Shown: positions 8,986-19,333 of the stretch, piece by piece
Position numbering within the stretch: the stretch's first letter is position 1
Layout of the letters: every line of letters starts with the position of its first letter
Source of the DNA: Trueperaceae bacterium
GTDB taxonomy: Bacteria; Deinococcota; Deinococci; Deinococcales; Trueperaceae
Assembly (NCBI GenBank): GCA_965215565.1
Contig: CBDCDZ010000004.1
Span: 1,760,001 to 1,824,000 of the forward strand
Reading direction: 5' to 3'
DNA length: 64,000 nucleotides
Notes under the pieces: generated by a model
Database searches by the model: none
Seen by the model: only the letters and a program-made list of their open reading frames with translations
What the model was told of the DNA's origin: nothing
Position numbers and translations under genes: made by a program

Positions 8986-9096
8986 TAGCAGTTCCAAAAC
9001 ATACTGAGACAGATGAGCGCAGGCATCATCACCGAATGTGCGTGTTGAACGTCGCTTCGGACAGTAAGAGTGTTTCAAACCAGATGATACCTGCTT
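8986..9096 (+). repeat. 111 bp dispersed element, copy A
   Basis: TAGCAGTTCCAAAAC...GCAGGCATCATC...CCAGATGATACCTGCT; 4 differences from the copy at 27108. Confidence 0.9.
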
Positions 9097-9124
9097 CTCA
9101 TAACGTGAGTGTTCAAGCAACGCT

Positions 9125-11665
9125 CTACTCATTGAGGGCGTTTGTGACCAGATGCAGTCGCGTGGTCCCGCTCCCGCTAGACCTGCTGTACGGCTGAATT
9201 TGTCCCCGCACCTCTTCAAACTGAATACTCGAGTCCGGCTCATCCACGTTGAGAAAGGGGCGGAAGCGGGCGAGCTTTTCGGGGTCGTTCAAGGTCTTTT
9301 TCCACTCGCATTCGTAGGTGTTTACGACATGCTGCATTTCGCGCTCTAGCTCCTCGGCAATCCCTAGCGAATCGTGAACCACCACCTCTCGCACCTTCTC
9401 CAGACCACCCGGCAGTTTGTTCAGCCACGTCGCCGTGCGCTGCAACTTATCGGCGGTGCGCACGTAGTACATCAGAAAGCGGTCGATAGTCTTAAAGACC
9501 GTCTCGGTATCGATATCACTCACCAAAAGCTGCGCGTGCTGCGGCTTCATGCCGCCGTTGCCGCCGACGTAGAGGTTCCAGCCCTTGTCGGTTGCGATGA
9601 TGCCAACGTCTTTACCCTGCGCCTCGGCGCATTCGCGGGCGCAGCCGGAGACCGCCATCTTGACCTTGTGCGGGGTGCGCAGCCCTTTATAGCGGTTCTC
9701 GATATTGATGGCGAGCGTCGTCGAGTCCTGCACGCCGAAGCGACACCACGATTTACCGACGCAACTCTTCACCGTGCGGAGCGACTTGGCGTAGGCGTGA
9801 CCCGTCTCTAACCCTGCGTCCACCAGCCGCGCCCAGATGTCGGGCAAGTCCTCCAATCTCGCCCCGAAGAGGTCGATGCGCTGCCCGCCTGTGATTTTCG
9901 AGTAAAGCCCGTACGCTTTCGCTACGGAACCAATGGCGATGAGTTGGTCCGGCGTCAACTCGCCGCCTGGGACGCGCGGCACGACGGAATACGAACCGTT
10001 CTTCTGTATATTCGCCATAAAGACGTCGTTGGTGTCTTGGACGCCCTGGTGGTCCATGACGTGCTCGTTGTAGGTGCTCGCCAAGATAGAAGCGACGGCG
10101 GGTTTGCAGACCTCGCAGCCTAAGCCCGTGCCGTAGCGCCCTAAAAGTTCATCAAAGGTGTGAACCCTGCCGAGCTTGATGATTTCAACTAACTCCTGGC
10201 GGGTGTAGGCGAAGTGCTCACATAGAGACTTATCCACCGTAATGCCGGCTTTTTCCAGCTCGAGCCCCACCAAATCTTTGAGAAGCGGCACGCAACTTCC
10301 GCAACCTGAGCCCGCGCCGCACGATTTTTTGAGCCCCGCGACGTTCTGGTAGCCCGCCGCAATTTGCGCCGTAATCGTCCCCTTCGAGACGTTCTCGCAG
10401 CTACAAATCACCGCTTCGTCGGGAAGAGACTCGAGCCCCATCCCCTCCGGTTCAGCCGCCGCGACGAGCAGTCCTTCGGGCGCAGCAGGAAGAGGTGTCT
10501 TGCCCAAGTAAAGCTGCAAGAGCCGCCCGTAGCTTTCGGCGTCACCGACTAAAACAGCACCTCTTAGGGTGCCGTCACTTCTCGAGGTCACGAGCTTTTT
10601 GTAAACACCCGCTTGCGAGTTCGACACCACAGTTACGTCGCAATCGTCCTCTGCGGTACTGTCCCCGATGCTCGCCACGTCCACGCCCATCAGCTTGAGC
10701 TTGGTGGACATATCTGCCCCTGTAAACTCACCTTCTTTAGATAAGAGGTGCGCCGCCGCCGCCTCCGCCATGCGGTAGCCGGGGGCGACTAAACCGTAAA
10801 TCATCCCGCCGTAAAGCGCACATTCGCCCACCGCGTAGATGTCGGGGTCGGAGGTCTGCATCGTTTCGCTGACCCGGATGCCGCCGCGCTCGCCCACGTT
10901 CAAGCCAGAAGAACGCGCCAACTCGTCACGCGGACGGATGCCCGCCGAGACGACGATCATATCTACCTCGAGCTGAGATTCATCCGCAAACGCCATCCCC
11001 GTGACCTTGCCGTTGCCCAAGACCTGCTTCGTCGCTTTAGAGAGGTGGACGCCGACGCCTAGCGCTTCGATCTTGCGCTTTAAGAAGTCCGAGCCCGTCT
11101 GGTCCACCTGGCGCGGCATGAGGCGCGGCGCGAACTCGACGACGTGGGTTTGCAGCCCCATGTCTACGAGGGCTTTGGCAGCCTCGAGCCCTAAGAGCCC
11201 GCCGCCGATGACCGCCGCACTCTGGCAATACTCCCCATACGCCATCATCGCGTCCAAATCCTCGATCGTGCGGTAGACGAAGACACCCTCCTTGTCGGTA
11301 CCGGGGACAGGCGGTACAAAGGGGAACGAACCCGTCGCTAAAACGAGCTTGTCGTAAGGGACCTCTTCGCCTTTTTTGGAGATGACCTTTTTGCGCCCTC
11401 GGTCAAGCGCCGCCACCGCGTCCCCTAAACGGAGCGAGACGCCGCGCTCTTCGTACCACCCTAGCGGCGCGAGGCTCAGTTCATCCGCCGTTTTGCCAGA
11501 GAAGTATGCGCTCAGTTGCACGCGGTCATAGGCGGGGCGGACCTCTTCGCAGAAGGTGATGATGTCGTACGTACCGTCCGCGTCAGCTTTCGTGAGCTTG
11601 TCGATGAACTTATGCCCCACCATGCCGTTGCCGACGACGACGAGTTTTTGTTTGGGGTGCGTCAT
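9125..11665 (-). CDS. nirB: NAD(P)H nitrite reductase large subunit
   Basis: VVVGNGMVG, GGGLLGLEAA, CSCENVSKG, CGSC, VKSCVGKSWC, SGCAREC sirohaem/Fe-S motifs. Confidence 0.98.
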   Translation of the reverse strand: MTHPKQKLVVVGNGMVGHKFIDKLTKADADGTYDIITFCEEVRPAYDRVQLSAYFSGKTADELSLAPLGWYEERGVSLRLGDAVAALDRGRKKVISKKGEEVPYDKLVLATGSFPFVPPVPGTDKEGVFVYRTIEDLDAMMAYGEYCQSAAVIGGGLLGLEAAKALVDMGLQTHVVEFAPRLMPRQVDQTGSDFLKRKIEALGVGVHLSKATKQVLGNGKVTGMAFADESQLEVDMIVVSAGIRPRDELARSSGLNVGERGGIRVSETMQTSDPDIYAVGECALYGGMIYGLVAPGYRMAEAAAAHLLSKEGEFTGADMSTKLKLMGVDVASIGDSTAEDDCDVTVVSNSQAGVYKKLVTSRSDGTLRGAVLVGDAESYGRLLQLYLGKTPLPAAPEGLLVAAAEPEGMGLESLPDEAVICSCENVSKGTITAQIAAGYQNVAGLKKSCGAGSGCGSCVPLLKDLVGLELEKAGITVDKSLCEHFAYTRQELVEIIKLGRVHTFDELLGRYGTGLGCEVCKPAVASILASTYNEHVMDHQGVQDTNDVFMANIQKNGSYSVVPRVPGGELTPDQLIAIGSVAKAYGLYSKITGGQRIDLFGARLEDLPDIWARLVDAGLETGHAYAKSLRTVKSCVGKSWCRFGVQDSTTLAINIENRYKGLRTPHKVKMAVSGCARECAEAQGKDVGIIATDKGWNLYVGGNGGMKPQHAQLLVSDIDTETVFKTIDRFLMYYVRTADKLQRTATWLNKLPGGLEKVREVVVHDSLGIAEELEREMQHVVNTYECEWKKTLNDPEKLARFRPFLNVDEPDSSIQFEEVRGQIQPYSRSSGSGTTRLHLVTNALNE

Positions 11666-12454
11666 ACGCTGACCTCTTCTCTTTCGGAACACAGATAGGG
11701 CAAAGGCGTCTGCACATTCAACCCCTCTTCAATACGCGCTGCAATCACGTCCATCAGGAGCGAACCAAATCCCAGATGCTGCGTCAGGGTGATACTAATA
11801 TCCGGGTGACGCGCTTTCGCTGCGTCAACCGCTTCGGGCAAATCCTCCTGTACGTGTGCGCCGAGCTGTAAGAAGTAAGGCGTGGCGAGTACGCGCTTCG
11901 CGCCCGCTTCAACCACCTCGTCAACCGCGTCCGCAATCGTCGGTGCGTTGCACTCCATGTAGGCGACGGTGACACGCTTGTAGTCCCTTGCTCGCTGAAC
12001 GCGCTCCGCGACGCGCTCAATAAAGAGGTTTGCTTTAGGGCGCGGCGTACCGTGTGCCATGAGGACGACGGCGGTGTCTTCGGGGACCTCTTGATACACC
12101 TCGTCCAACCGCTTCATCACAAGTTTGGCCAAGGCGGGATGATCGCCGAAAGGTTCAGCCTTTCCGAATGTCACGTGTGGGCGCTTTGCCTGCTCCTCCT
12201 TGGTGAGCTTCGCGAGGGCGACGTTCACGTAATAGCCAGGAATGAGAAAATAAGGTTGCACAAGGATACTCGTCGCGCCTTTTTTAAGACAACGCTGGAT
12301 CGGCTTCAGCGAAGGTCGGGCGGCTGAAATTCAAGAAGCCCGCTGTGGCGATAGGGGCGAGACCCCGCTTGCGGACCTCGGCGGCGTGCCGAATCATCGC
12401 TGCGCCGGAAGCTTTTTTGAGGCTGCCGTGTCCAACCAAGACAACGGCTTGCAT
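11662..12454 (-). pseudogene. Two-domain sirohydrochlorin chelatase (CbiX/SirB) with a +1 frameshift near 12302
   Basis: MQAVVLVGHGSLKK...FLNFSRPTFAEA continues in a shifted frame as IQRCLKKGATSILVQPYFLIPG...MAHGT...GAHVQEDLP; span 793 nt = 3n+1. May be an assembly error. Confidence 0.85.
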
Positions 12455-13317
12455 CAGCTTTCTCCTTGTAGATACTGGACCTCTTGGACGGGCGCGTCTA
12501 GCTTGCTGTTAAGGTCTATATCGTGAACGAACCAGCGCAACTCGTCGCGCAGCCTCACCACCTCACCGATAACGATGGCGGCGGGTGCGGTGAGACCGGC
12601 GATGCGGATAGCTTGGGGAAGCATTTCTAAAGTTGCTACCACCGTCTCTTGCTCTCTCGTTGTCCCATAACGAATTGCAGCGGCGGGCGTGTCGGGGTTG
12701 CGTCCGTGGGTGATGAGTTCGTCCACGATGCTTTCAATATGTCCGACGCCCATCAAGATGACGAGCGTGTCTACCGCCGTTGCGAGGGCGGCGTAGTTGA
12801 GGCTCGAGCCCATCCCACCCTTGAATTTACATGGGTCTTCATGTCCCGCGACGACGGCAAACGAGGTCGCTACGCGCCGGTGCGTCACCGGAATTCCAGC
12901 ATAGGCAGGCGCAGCAATCGCGGACGAGATACCCGGCACGACTTCGAATGGCACGCCCGCCGCCTTGAGCACCAACGCTTCTTCGCCGCCGCGTCCAAAA
13001 ATGAAGGGGTCGCCTCCCTTGAGCCGCACAACCTTGTGACCCTCTAACCCTTTTTGAACAAGTAGCGCGTTAATCGACTCCTGCGTCCAAGAGGTGCGGC
13101 ACGCCCCGCGTCCATCGCCGTGCTTGCCGACGTAGATGAGTTCAGCGTCAGCGCGGCATTCTCTGAGAAGTTCGGGATTCACCAGCCGGTCATACGCGGT
13201 GACATCTGCCTCACGCAAGCGCCTTAGAGCTTTAACGGTAATCAACTCAGGGTCGCCGCAGCCCGCGCCGACGAGCGAGACGAAGCCTGTTGATTTTGAA
13301 CTGTTTGTATCGGTCAT
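12454..13317 (-). CDS. cobA: Uroporphyrinogen-III C-methyltransferase (SUMT)
   Basis: VSLVGAGCGDPELIT, VVRLKGGDPFIFGRGGEE, AGIPVTHR. Confidence 0.96.
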   Translation of the reverse strand: MTDTNSSKSTGFVSLVGAGCGDPELITVKALRRLREADVTAYDRLVNPELLRECRADAELIYVGKHGDGRGACRTSWTQESINALLVQKGLEGHKVVRLKGGDPFIFGRGGEEALVLKAAGVPFEVVPGISSAIAAPAYAGIPVTHRRVATSFAVVAGHEDPCKFKGGMGSSLNYAALATAVDTLVILMGVGHIESIVDELITHGRNPDTPAAAIRYGTTREQETVVATLEMLPQAIRIAGLTAPAAIVIGEVVRLRDELRWFVHDIDLNSKLDAPVQEVQYLQGES

Positions 13318-13396
13318 CGTGACCTCCTGATGGTTGTGGCTCGAGTCTTACCTCTTGGATGTTTCAAACTTTGCTGCACAACCACCTCACTACCTC

Positions 13397-14281
13397 TTAG
13401 CTTCTCTGCGCTTTCACATGTGCCGCATACGCCATTATCATCGCGCCCATGCGCTCTCTCTCGGGTGCGATGACCTCTTCGGTGCCCGCGTCTTTCAACG
13501 CTTTCGTCGTCATGTGCCCAACGGAGACGGCTTGAACGTCACCGTTAAACGCACCTCTTAGCTCAGCCCCTAGCCCTAACCGCTCAGCAATCCCGAAGAG
13601 GAAAAAGACCTGCGTGTTGCTCGTGAAGGCGGCGGCGTCTAGTTCGCCTGAGATGATCTCCCCTACAAAGGCACGCACCTCTTCTTCGGGCGGCTCTTGA
13701 TACTGATAGAGAGGAATTTCTAAGACGCTTGCGCCGCGCTCCATCAACCAAGTCGTCAACTCAGGCACCCTAGTTCCGTGAAGCTGGATAGCAATATGTT
13801 TCCCCGAAAAATCTACCGGCTCCAACTGCCGCCGCAAGCCTAGAAGCGTCCCGTCGTCATCTAGTACATCCGGCTTTAAGCTCATCTCTTTAAGCGCTTT
13901 GACCGTCTTGTAGCCGCGTACGGCGAGGTGGGTGTGCTCGAGCTTAGCGGTAAAGTCAGCTTCCACACCTAACGAAACCGCCACCTCGCGCATCGCCCGC
14001 ATTCCCATGCCTGTGGTTGCAACCAGCCAATCCGCACCTTCGTCTGCAAATCTCTTTACCGCTTCCGTAACGTTAGGTGAGTCTAAAGACTCGGTAACCA
14101 TCATCGGGCGGGACAAGGGAATCGCGCCGAGTTTCTCAATGAGAGCGCTCAGTTCAGCGCTCCGGCGTGCGCCGCAGAAGGCGATGCGTTTTTCAGCAAG
14201 AGGTTTGATAGCTTTTGGATTAGTCATAGCTCTTTTTGTAACCGAGTCAAACCCCGCCGGTTGCGGCGCACGTAACATCAT
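13397..14281 (-). CDS. Uroporphyrinogen-III synthase-like protein (HemD fold)
   Basis: RRSAELSALIEKLGA, TTGMG, RGYKT, IQLHG, AFTSNTQV, VGHMT; inside the nitrate/sirohaem operon. Confidence 0.85.
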   Translation of the reverse strand: MMLRAPQPAGFDSVTKRAMTNPKAIKPLAEKRIAFCGARRSAELSALIEKLGAIPLSRPMMVTESLDSPNVTEAVKRFADEGADWLVATTGMGMRAMREVAVSLGVEADFTAKLEHTHLAVRGYKTVKALKEMSLKPDVLDDDGTLLGLRRQLEPVDFSGKHIAIQLHGTRVPELTTWLMERGASVLEIPLYQYQEPPEEEVRAFVGEIISGELDAAAFTSNTQVFFLFGIAERLGLGAELRGAFNGDVQAVSVGHMTTKALKDAGTEEVIAPERERMGAMIMAYAAHVKAQRS

Positions 14282-14286
14282 CTCAC

Positions 14287-15615
14287 CTAGTCGCCCGCTC
14301 CAGCTAAACGCTCCAGCATCTCGTTTCTCGCCACCGCTTCTTGCTCCTCGCTAAAGCGCACCGCGAAAGCCAAGAACGAACAGCCTAAAACGAGCGCCCC
14401 AACGATGAGGTACGCCTGCTCGAAGGGCATCTGTCCCTTGAACAAAAAGCCCGCCATCACTGCGCCGAAGTTGCCGCCCGCCCCAACGATGCCCGCCACC
14501 GGACCGAGCGCTCGCTTGTTGATGTACGGAACGATAGAGTACGTCGCGCCCTCGCTCATCTGCACGAACAAGCTGAATACGATGAGAATCGGGATGGCGA
14601 ACGCCAGAGCGCCCAACTGCGAGAAGAACATCAGAGCGATGCCCTCTAAAAACAGACACGCGAAGAGAAACTGCACGCGCCCTTTGAGCCCTCTTTGCTG
14701 ATTGAGCTTGTCGCTAAAAATTCCGCCGAGCGAGCGTGCAAAAATATTCATCAGCCCGAACAAGCTCGCCACCAAACCCGCCGTCGCCACGTTCAACCCG
14801 AAGCGGTCGAAGAAGTACAAAGCTGCCGTGCCGTTGATGGTCAGCTCAACACCGAAGCACGCCGCGTAGATGAAAAAGAGTGCGACGACGCGGCGGTCTT
14901 TGAGCGCTTCCCAGAATGCGCCTTTATGGTGCTCGCGCGTGGGCATCTCGCCCTTGGCGCGCAGTTCATCGTAATTGCCGTCCGGCGCGTCCTGCGTGAA
15001 AAAGTAGTAGGCGATGCCCGTAAGAAAGAGCGCGACGCCCGGAATCACCATCGCGACGCGCCAGCCGAAAAGGGGCTCCGCGCCGAAAGTGAGCACCGCC
15101 GCCAGGATGAGGGGCATGACCGCCTGCGTCACGCCGCCACCCAGGTTGCCCCAGCCCGCCGTGGTCGCGTTCGCCGTGCCGACGATGTTGGGCGCGAACA
15201 TCACGCTGGTGTGGTACTGCGTGATGACAAAGCCCGCGCCGATGACGCCGATGAGCAGCCGGGCGATCAAAAAGTGCGTGTAGTTCTGCGACAGTCCGAT
15301 GAGCATGACGGGCAGCGAGCCTAAGATGAGCAACCACGTGTAGGTGATGCGCCCCCCGAAGCGGTCTAAAATCGCGCCGATGCCGAGCCGCGCGAAGATG
15401 GTGATGAAAACCGCTGCGATGACCGTGTTGCCGACTTGCGCGGGCGTCAGCCCGAGCGTGGCGATGACGCCGTTGTCACCCTTCATCAGCGGGACGATAC
15501 CGAACCAGCCGAAGAAGCACAGGAAGAAGGCGAACCAGGTGAGGTGAAAGGCGCGCATCTGCGGCGAGCCGAGGCTAAAGAGGTTGATGCGGGTGGCTTT
15601 GTTCTTGAAGTCCAT
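14287..15615 (-). CDS. NarK/NasA-family nitrate/nitrite MFS transporter
   Basis: GTANATTAGWGNLGGG and FARSLGG nitrate-porter signatures; AGGAG RBS. Confidence 0.96.
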   Translation of the reverse strand: MDFKNKATRINLFSLGSPQMRAFHLTWFAFFLCFFGWFGIVPLMKGDNGVIATLGLTPAQVGNTVIAAVFITIFARLGIGAILDRFGGRITYTWLLILGSLPVMLIGLSQNYTHFLIARLLIGVIGAGFVITQYHTSVMFAPNIVGTANATTAGWGNLGGGVTQAVMPLILAAVLTFGAEPLFGWRVAMVIPGVALFLTGIAYYFFTQDAPDGNYDELRAKGEMPTREHHKGAFWEALKDRRVVALFFIYAACFGVELTINGTAALYFFDRFGLNVATAGLVASLFGLMNIFARSLGGIFSDKLNQQRGLKGRVQFLFACLFLEGIALMFFSQLGALAFAIPILIVFSLFVQMSEGATYSIVPYINKRALGPVAGIVGAGGNFGAVMAGFLFKGQMPFEQAYLIVGALVLGCSFLAFAVRFSEEQEAVARNEMLERLAGAGD

Positions 15616-15724
15616 TTTTTCTCCTAAACTCATCTATAGTTTGAAATCACACAAAAATGAAATTTTATGCAAACATGGCTGCACAAGACTAGGGAGACAT
15701 TCGCAGAACCTCCTCGAGTAGGAC

Positions 15725-17923
15725 TCAGTCAGACGCGGTGAGATTGAGTATTGAGTCAGTATCGGTGTGGGTCAAATCGGTTTGGGGGACGGGCTCGAGC
15801 CGCGCCGCACACACCTTGAATTCGGGCATCTTGCAGTGGGGGTCTAGAACGGGATTCGTCAAACGGTTCGCCGCTTGCGCCCCTTCCCAGTGCATAGGGA
15901 TAAAGAGTACGCCAGGCTTGATCTTCTTGCTGATTTTGACCTTGAAGAGCGCGGCGGCGCGGCGCGTGCTGAGGCGGGCGTACTCGCCTTGGATGAGCTT
16001 GAGTTGCGCCGCCGTCACTGGGCTCACCTCCACCCAGGGCTCGGGGCGTTTGCTCGCTAAGAGGGGCGTGCGCCGCGTGTGGTTGCCGGTGAGGTAGTGA
16101 ACCAGTGTGCGCCCTGTCGTGAGTTGGAAGGGGTAGTCTCCGTCAGGGATTTCGTTCGGTTGTCGGTAGGGGATGACGTGGAAGGCGGCGCGTCCGTCCG
16201 CGTGGGCGAAGCGCTCGGTGAAGACGTTGGGCGTGCCGGGGTGCGAGAGGTCGGGGCAGGGCCAGAAGAGCCCGTCACCTTCGCGCAACCTCTCGTACGT
16301 GACGCCGTAATAGTCAGCGGGACCCCCTTTCGAGGCGCGCCTAAGCTCCTCGAAGATATCCTCTGGTTGAGCAGAGAGAAACTGCCGCGTATGCCCGAGC
16401 CGCTGCGCAACCTCCACGATGATGTCCAAGTCGCGCCGCGCTCCTTTGGGTGGCTCGCGCAAGGCTTCGCGCAGGACGACGCGCCCCTCTAAGTTCGTCG
16501 TCGTGCCCGTCTCTTCCGCCCACAGCGAGCCGGGCAGCACCACGTCCGCAAGCGAAGCGGTTTCTGATAAAAACGAGTCCACCACGACGAGGTGGTCCAT
16601 CTCTTTGACCCAGGCGCGCACCCTATCGGTGTCCGGGCTGCTCACCACGGGGTTCGAGCCGAGCACGAACAGCCCGCGCACCTCTTTGCGCCCAACCGCC
16701 TGCATCAGTTCAAACGCGGAGTAGCCGGGTCCGGGGAGGCTGTCTGCGTCTACGCCCCACACGCTCGCAACGTGTTCACGGGCTGCGTCATCCGCAATCG
16801 AACGGTAGCCCGGAAGCTGGTCCGCTTTCATGCCGTGTTCGCGTCCGCCTTGTCCGTTGGCTTGCCCCGTAAGCGTGCCGTAGTTCGCGCCCAACGCAAG
16901 CGAGAGGTTGATAAACGCGAGGGTGGTTTCGACACCGCGAGAGTTCTGGTCCGCTCCACGCCCCGTGAGAATCAGTGGATTCTTCGCCTCTGAGAGCAGT
17001 TTGGCAGCCTCAAAGACTTGCGGCTCCTCCAACCCGGACATCTGGATGAGGTGTTCTAGGGGAATACTTTGGAGATACTCAGCAACCTTCTCAAACCCGT
17101 TCGTCCGCGCGGAAATAAACGTCTCATCTTGCCAAGCGTTGTCCAAAACGACGCGCAAAAGCGCATTGGCGAGCGCCAAGTCGCCGCCTAAGTCCACGGG
17201 CAGATGGAGCGCGGCGAGGTTCGCCGTCGTCGTTTTGCGCGGGTCTACGACGATGAACTTTGCGCCTCTGTCCCTCGCCTCCAAAAGCGTATTCACCAAA
17301 ATCGGCAGCGTCTCCGCCGTGTTCGAGCCGATGATTAAAATCGCGTCGTGCTCGGGGATATCCGCCATCGGCATGTTGAGCCCCCGGTCCAACCCGAAAG
17401 CTTTGAGCGCACCGGACGCAGCCGCTGCCATGCAGTAGCGCCCGTTGTAGTCGATGTGCGGCGTATGAAGGGCGACTCGAGCAAACTTGCCCAAGAGGTA
17501 CGCCTTCTCCGTCGAGACCGACGCGCCCGAATAGACCGCGTTCGCCGCGTGACCGTATTTGAATTGCAAAAATTTGAAACCCGCCACGACGCGCTCCAAC
17601 GCTTCATCCCAAGGGGCAGGAACGAGTTCGCCGCCGCGACGCACTAAGGGCGTCGTCAACCTCTCGGCGTGGTCGAAAAGCTTGACGCTGTTTTGTCCCA
17701 AAACGCAGAGTTTGCCCCTGTTGATGGGGTGCTCTTGCGGCGCTACCTCAACCTCCTTCGCCCCATCCGTCAGCGTCATGCCGCACTGCACCGCGCAGTA
17801 GCAGCAGTGCGTCTTCACCGTTTGTGACGATGTTTTCGTACGCACATCTGTCTGATTGTCCTTGCGGATCGGCGCATCTGGCAAAGGGACACCAGACGCC
17901 GTCCTCGCTGCACTTTTGGGCAT
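15725..17923 (-). CDS. Assimilatory nitrate reductase catalytic subunit (Mo-bisPGD)
   Basis: HCCYCAVQCG...GKLC Fe-S motif, IDYNGRYCM, TGQANGQGGREHG, LTTGR, MPEFK. Confidence 0.96.
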   Translation of the reverse strand: MPKSAARTASGVPLPDAPIRKDNQTDVRTKTSSQTVKTHCCYCAVQCGMTLTDGAKEVEVAPQEHPINRGKLCVLGQNSVKLFDHAERLTTPLVRRGGELVPAPWDEALERVVAGFKFLQFKYGHAANAVYSGASVSTEKAYLLGKFARVALHTPHIDYNGRYCMAAAASGALKAFGLDRGLNMPMADIPEHDAILIIGSNTAETLPILVNTLLEARDRGAKFIVVDPRKTTTANLAALHLPVDLGGDLALANALLRVVLDNAWQDETFISARTNGFEKVAEYLQSIPLEHLIQMSGLEEPQVFEAAKLLSEAKNPLILTGRGADQNSRGVETTLAFINLSLALGANYGTLTGQANGQGGREHGMKADQLPGYRSIADDAAREHVASVWGVDADSLPGPGYSAFELMQAVGRKEVRGLFVLGSNPVVSSPDTDRVRAWVKEMDHLVVVDSFLSETASLADVVLPGSLWAEETGTTTNLEGRVVLREALREPPKGARRDLDIIVEVAQRLGHTRQFLSAQPEDIFEELRRASKGGPADYYGVTYERLREGDGLFWPCPDLSHPGTPNVFTERFAHADGRAAFHVIPYRQPNEIPDGDYPFQLTTGRTLVHYLTGNHTRRTPLLASKRPEPWVEVSPVTAAQLKLIQGEYARLSTRRAAALFKVKISKKIKPGVLFIPMHWEGAQAANRLTNPVLDPHCKMPEFKVCAARLEPVPQTDLTHTDTDSILNLTASD

Positions 17924-18289
17924 GGCGGTTGCTCCAGTACGAGGGGCTACACGACTTGGGAAGGGGACTCGTTTTTAGGGATGTGCTCGAGCGGGTCTCG
18001 AACTTGAAAAGTAGAATACGTAATATTTTGCAAGTTGTCAAGTGTCAATAGACGGGTTTTGACATTCTGTAGGACGTAGCTACTCTGACGGCTCAGTTTC
18101 TTGCGAACTGTCACAACCGATAAGACCGAGAGGCAAGATTCGCCCTGACGCCGGGCAGGAACACCCCTCTCTTAATATTGAGCGAGACGAACTTCTGGAC
18201 CCCCTTACAACGAGGTCACTACCGAATGAAACATCTAGAGAACCCAGCATTTCGAACAGTTGGGCAGGGTCCCCGGGTATGATGCCCCT

Positions 18290-19297
18290 ATGAAAGTACT
18301 CATCAGCGGCGGCGCGGGCTATATCGGCAGCACTATAGCGAACGCCTTGCGCGACACTGGGCACACCCCTGTCATCCTCGACTCGCTCGTTACAGGCGCA
18401 CGGACCTTTACGCGAGATCACCTCTTCTATAGGGGTGACATCAGCGACGGAGAGGTGCTCGCCCAAATATTCAGAGACCACCCGGACATTCACGTGACGG
18501 TTCACGCCGCTGCTCTAATCGTGGTGCCCGAATCGGTGGCGCAGCCTGGGGTCTATTACAGGGAAAACGTCTGCAAATCCTTGGCGTTTTTCGAGCACCT
18601 CAATGACCTCGGCTATCCCCGCGTCGTCTTCTCCTCGTCGGCGTCTATCTACGCGCCCGTGACGGGCGATGACTACGAGGTAAACGAGGACGCCCCGCTG
18701 CAACCGGGCAGTCCTTACGCCCGCACGAAGTACATGATGGAAATGGTGCTGCGTGACCTCTGCCACGCGACGCCGCTCCGGGGCGTCGCCCTGCGCTACT
18801 TCAACCCCATCGGCTCGGACCCGGAGCTGCGCACGGGCGTCCACGTGCGCGAGCCTTCACACGTTATCGGTAAACTCGTGGATACGGCGTTAGGCAAGTT
18901 GGAGACGTTTCCCATCACCGGCGTGAACTACCCCACGAAAGACGGTAGCGGTGTGCGCGACTACCTCCACGTCTGGGACTTGGCGCTCGCCCACGTCCGG
19001 GCGGCGGAGGCGTTTGGTAAGGTGATGGACGCCGAGGGACCTTATACGGTTGTCAACGTCGGCAGGGGCGAAGGCGTCACGGTCAAAGAACTCGTCGCCA
19101 CCTTTGAAGAGGTCTGGGGAAGCCCCATCAACAAACGCGAGACGCAGGCGCGTCCGGGCGACGTGGTGGGCGCGTATGCGAGCGCGGCGCGCGCCGAAGC
19201 ACTCTTAGGGTGGAAGGCGGAGCGAAGTTTACAAGAGGGCGTCGCGAGCGCGTTAGCGTGGGGTCAAAAGCGCGAAGAGGTCTTAGGGTATCCCTGA
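18290..19297 (+). CDS. galE: UDP-glucose 4-epimerase
   Basis: ISGGAGYIGS, FSSSASIY, YARTK, LRYFNPIG, RDYLHVWDLA. Confidence 0.95.
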   Translation: MKVLISGGAGYIGSTIANALRDTGHTPVILDSLVTGARTFTRDHLFYRGDISDGEVLAQIFRDHPDIHVTVHAAALIVVPESVAQPGVYYRENVCKSLAFFEHLNDLGYPRVVFSSSASIYAPVTGDDYEVNEDAPLQPGSPYARTKYMMEMVLRDLCHATPLRGVALRYFNPIGSDPELRTGVHVREPSHVIGKLVDTALGKLETFPITGVNYPTKDGSGVRDYLHVWDLALAHVRAAEAFGKVMDAEGPYTVVNVGRGEGVTVKELVATFEEVWGSPINKRETQARPGDVVGAYASAARAEALLGWKAERSLQEGVASALAWGQKREEVLGYP

Positions 19298-19333
19298 GCG
19301 TCAACGCCCCCCAGCACCTTTGGCGGGCACACA

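Noticed and set aside
18042..18064. TGTCA-N12-TGACA as a GlnR/TnrA box for the nitrate operon
   Set aside because: The Bacillus box has a 7-nt spacer; a single instance is not enough to assign.
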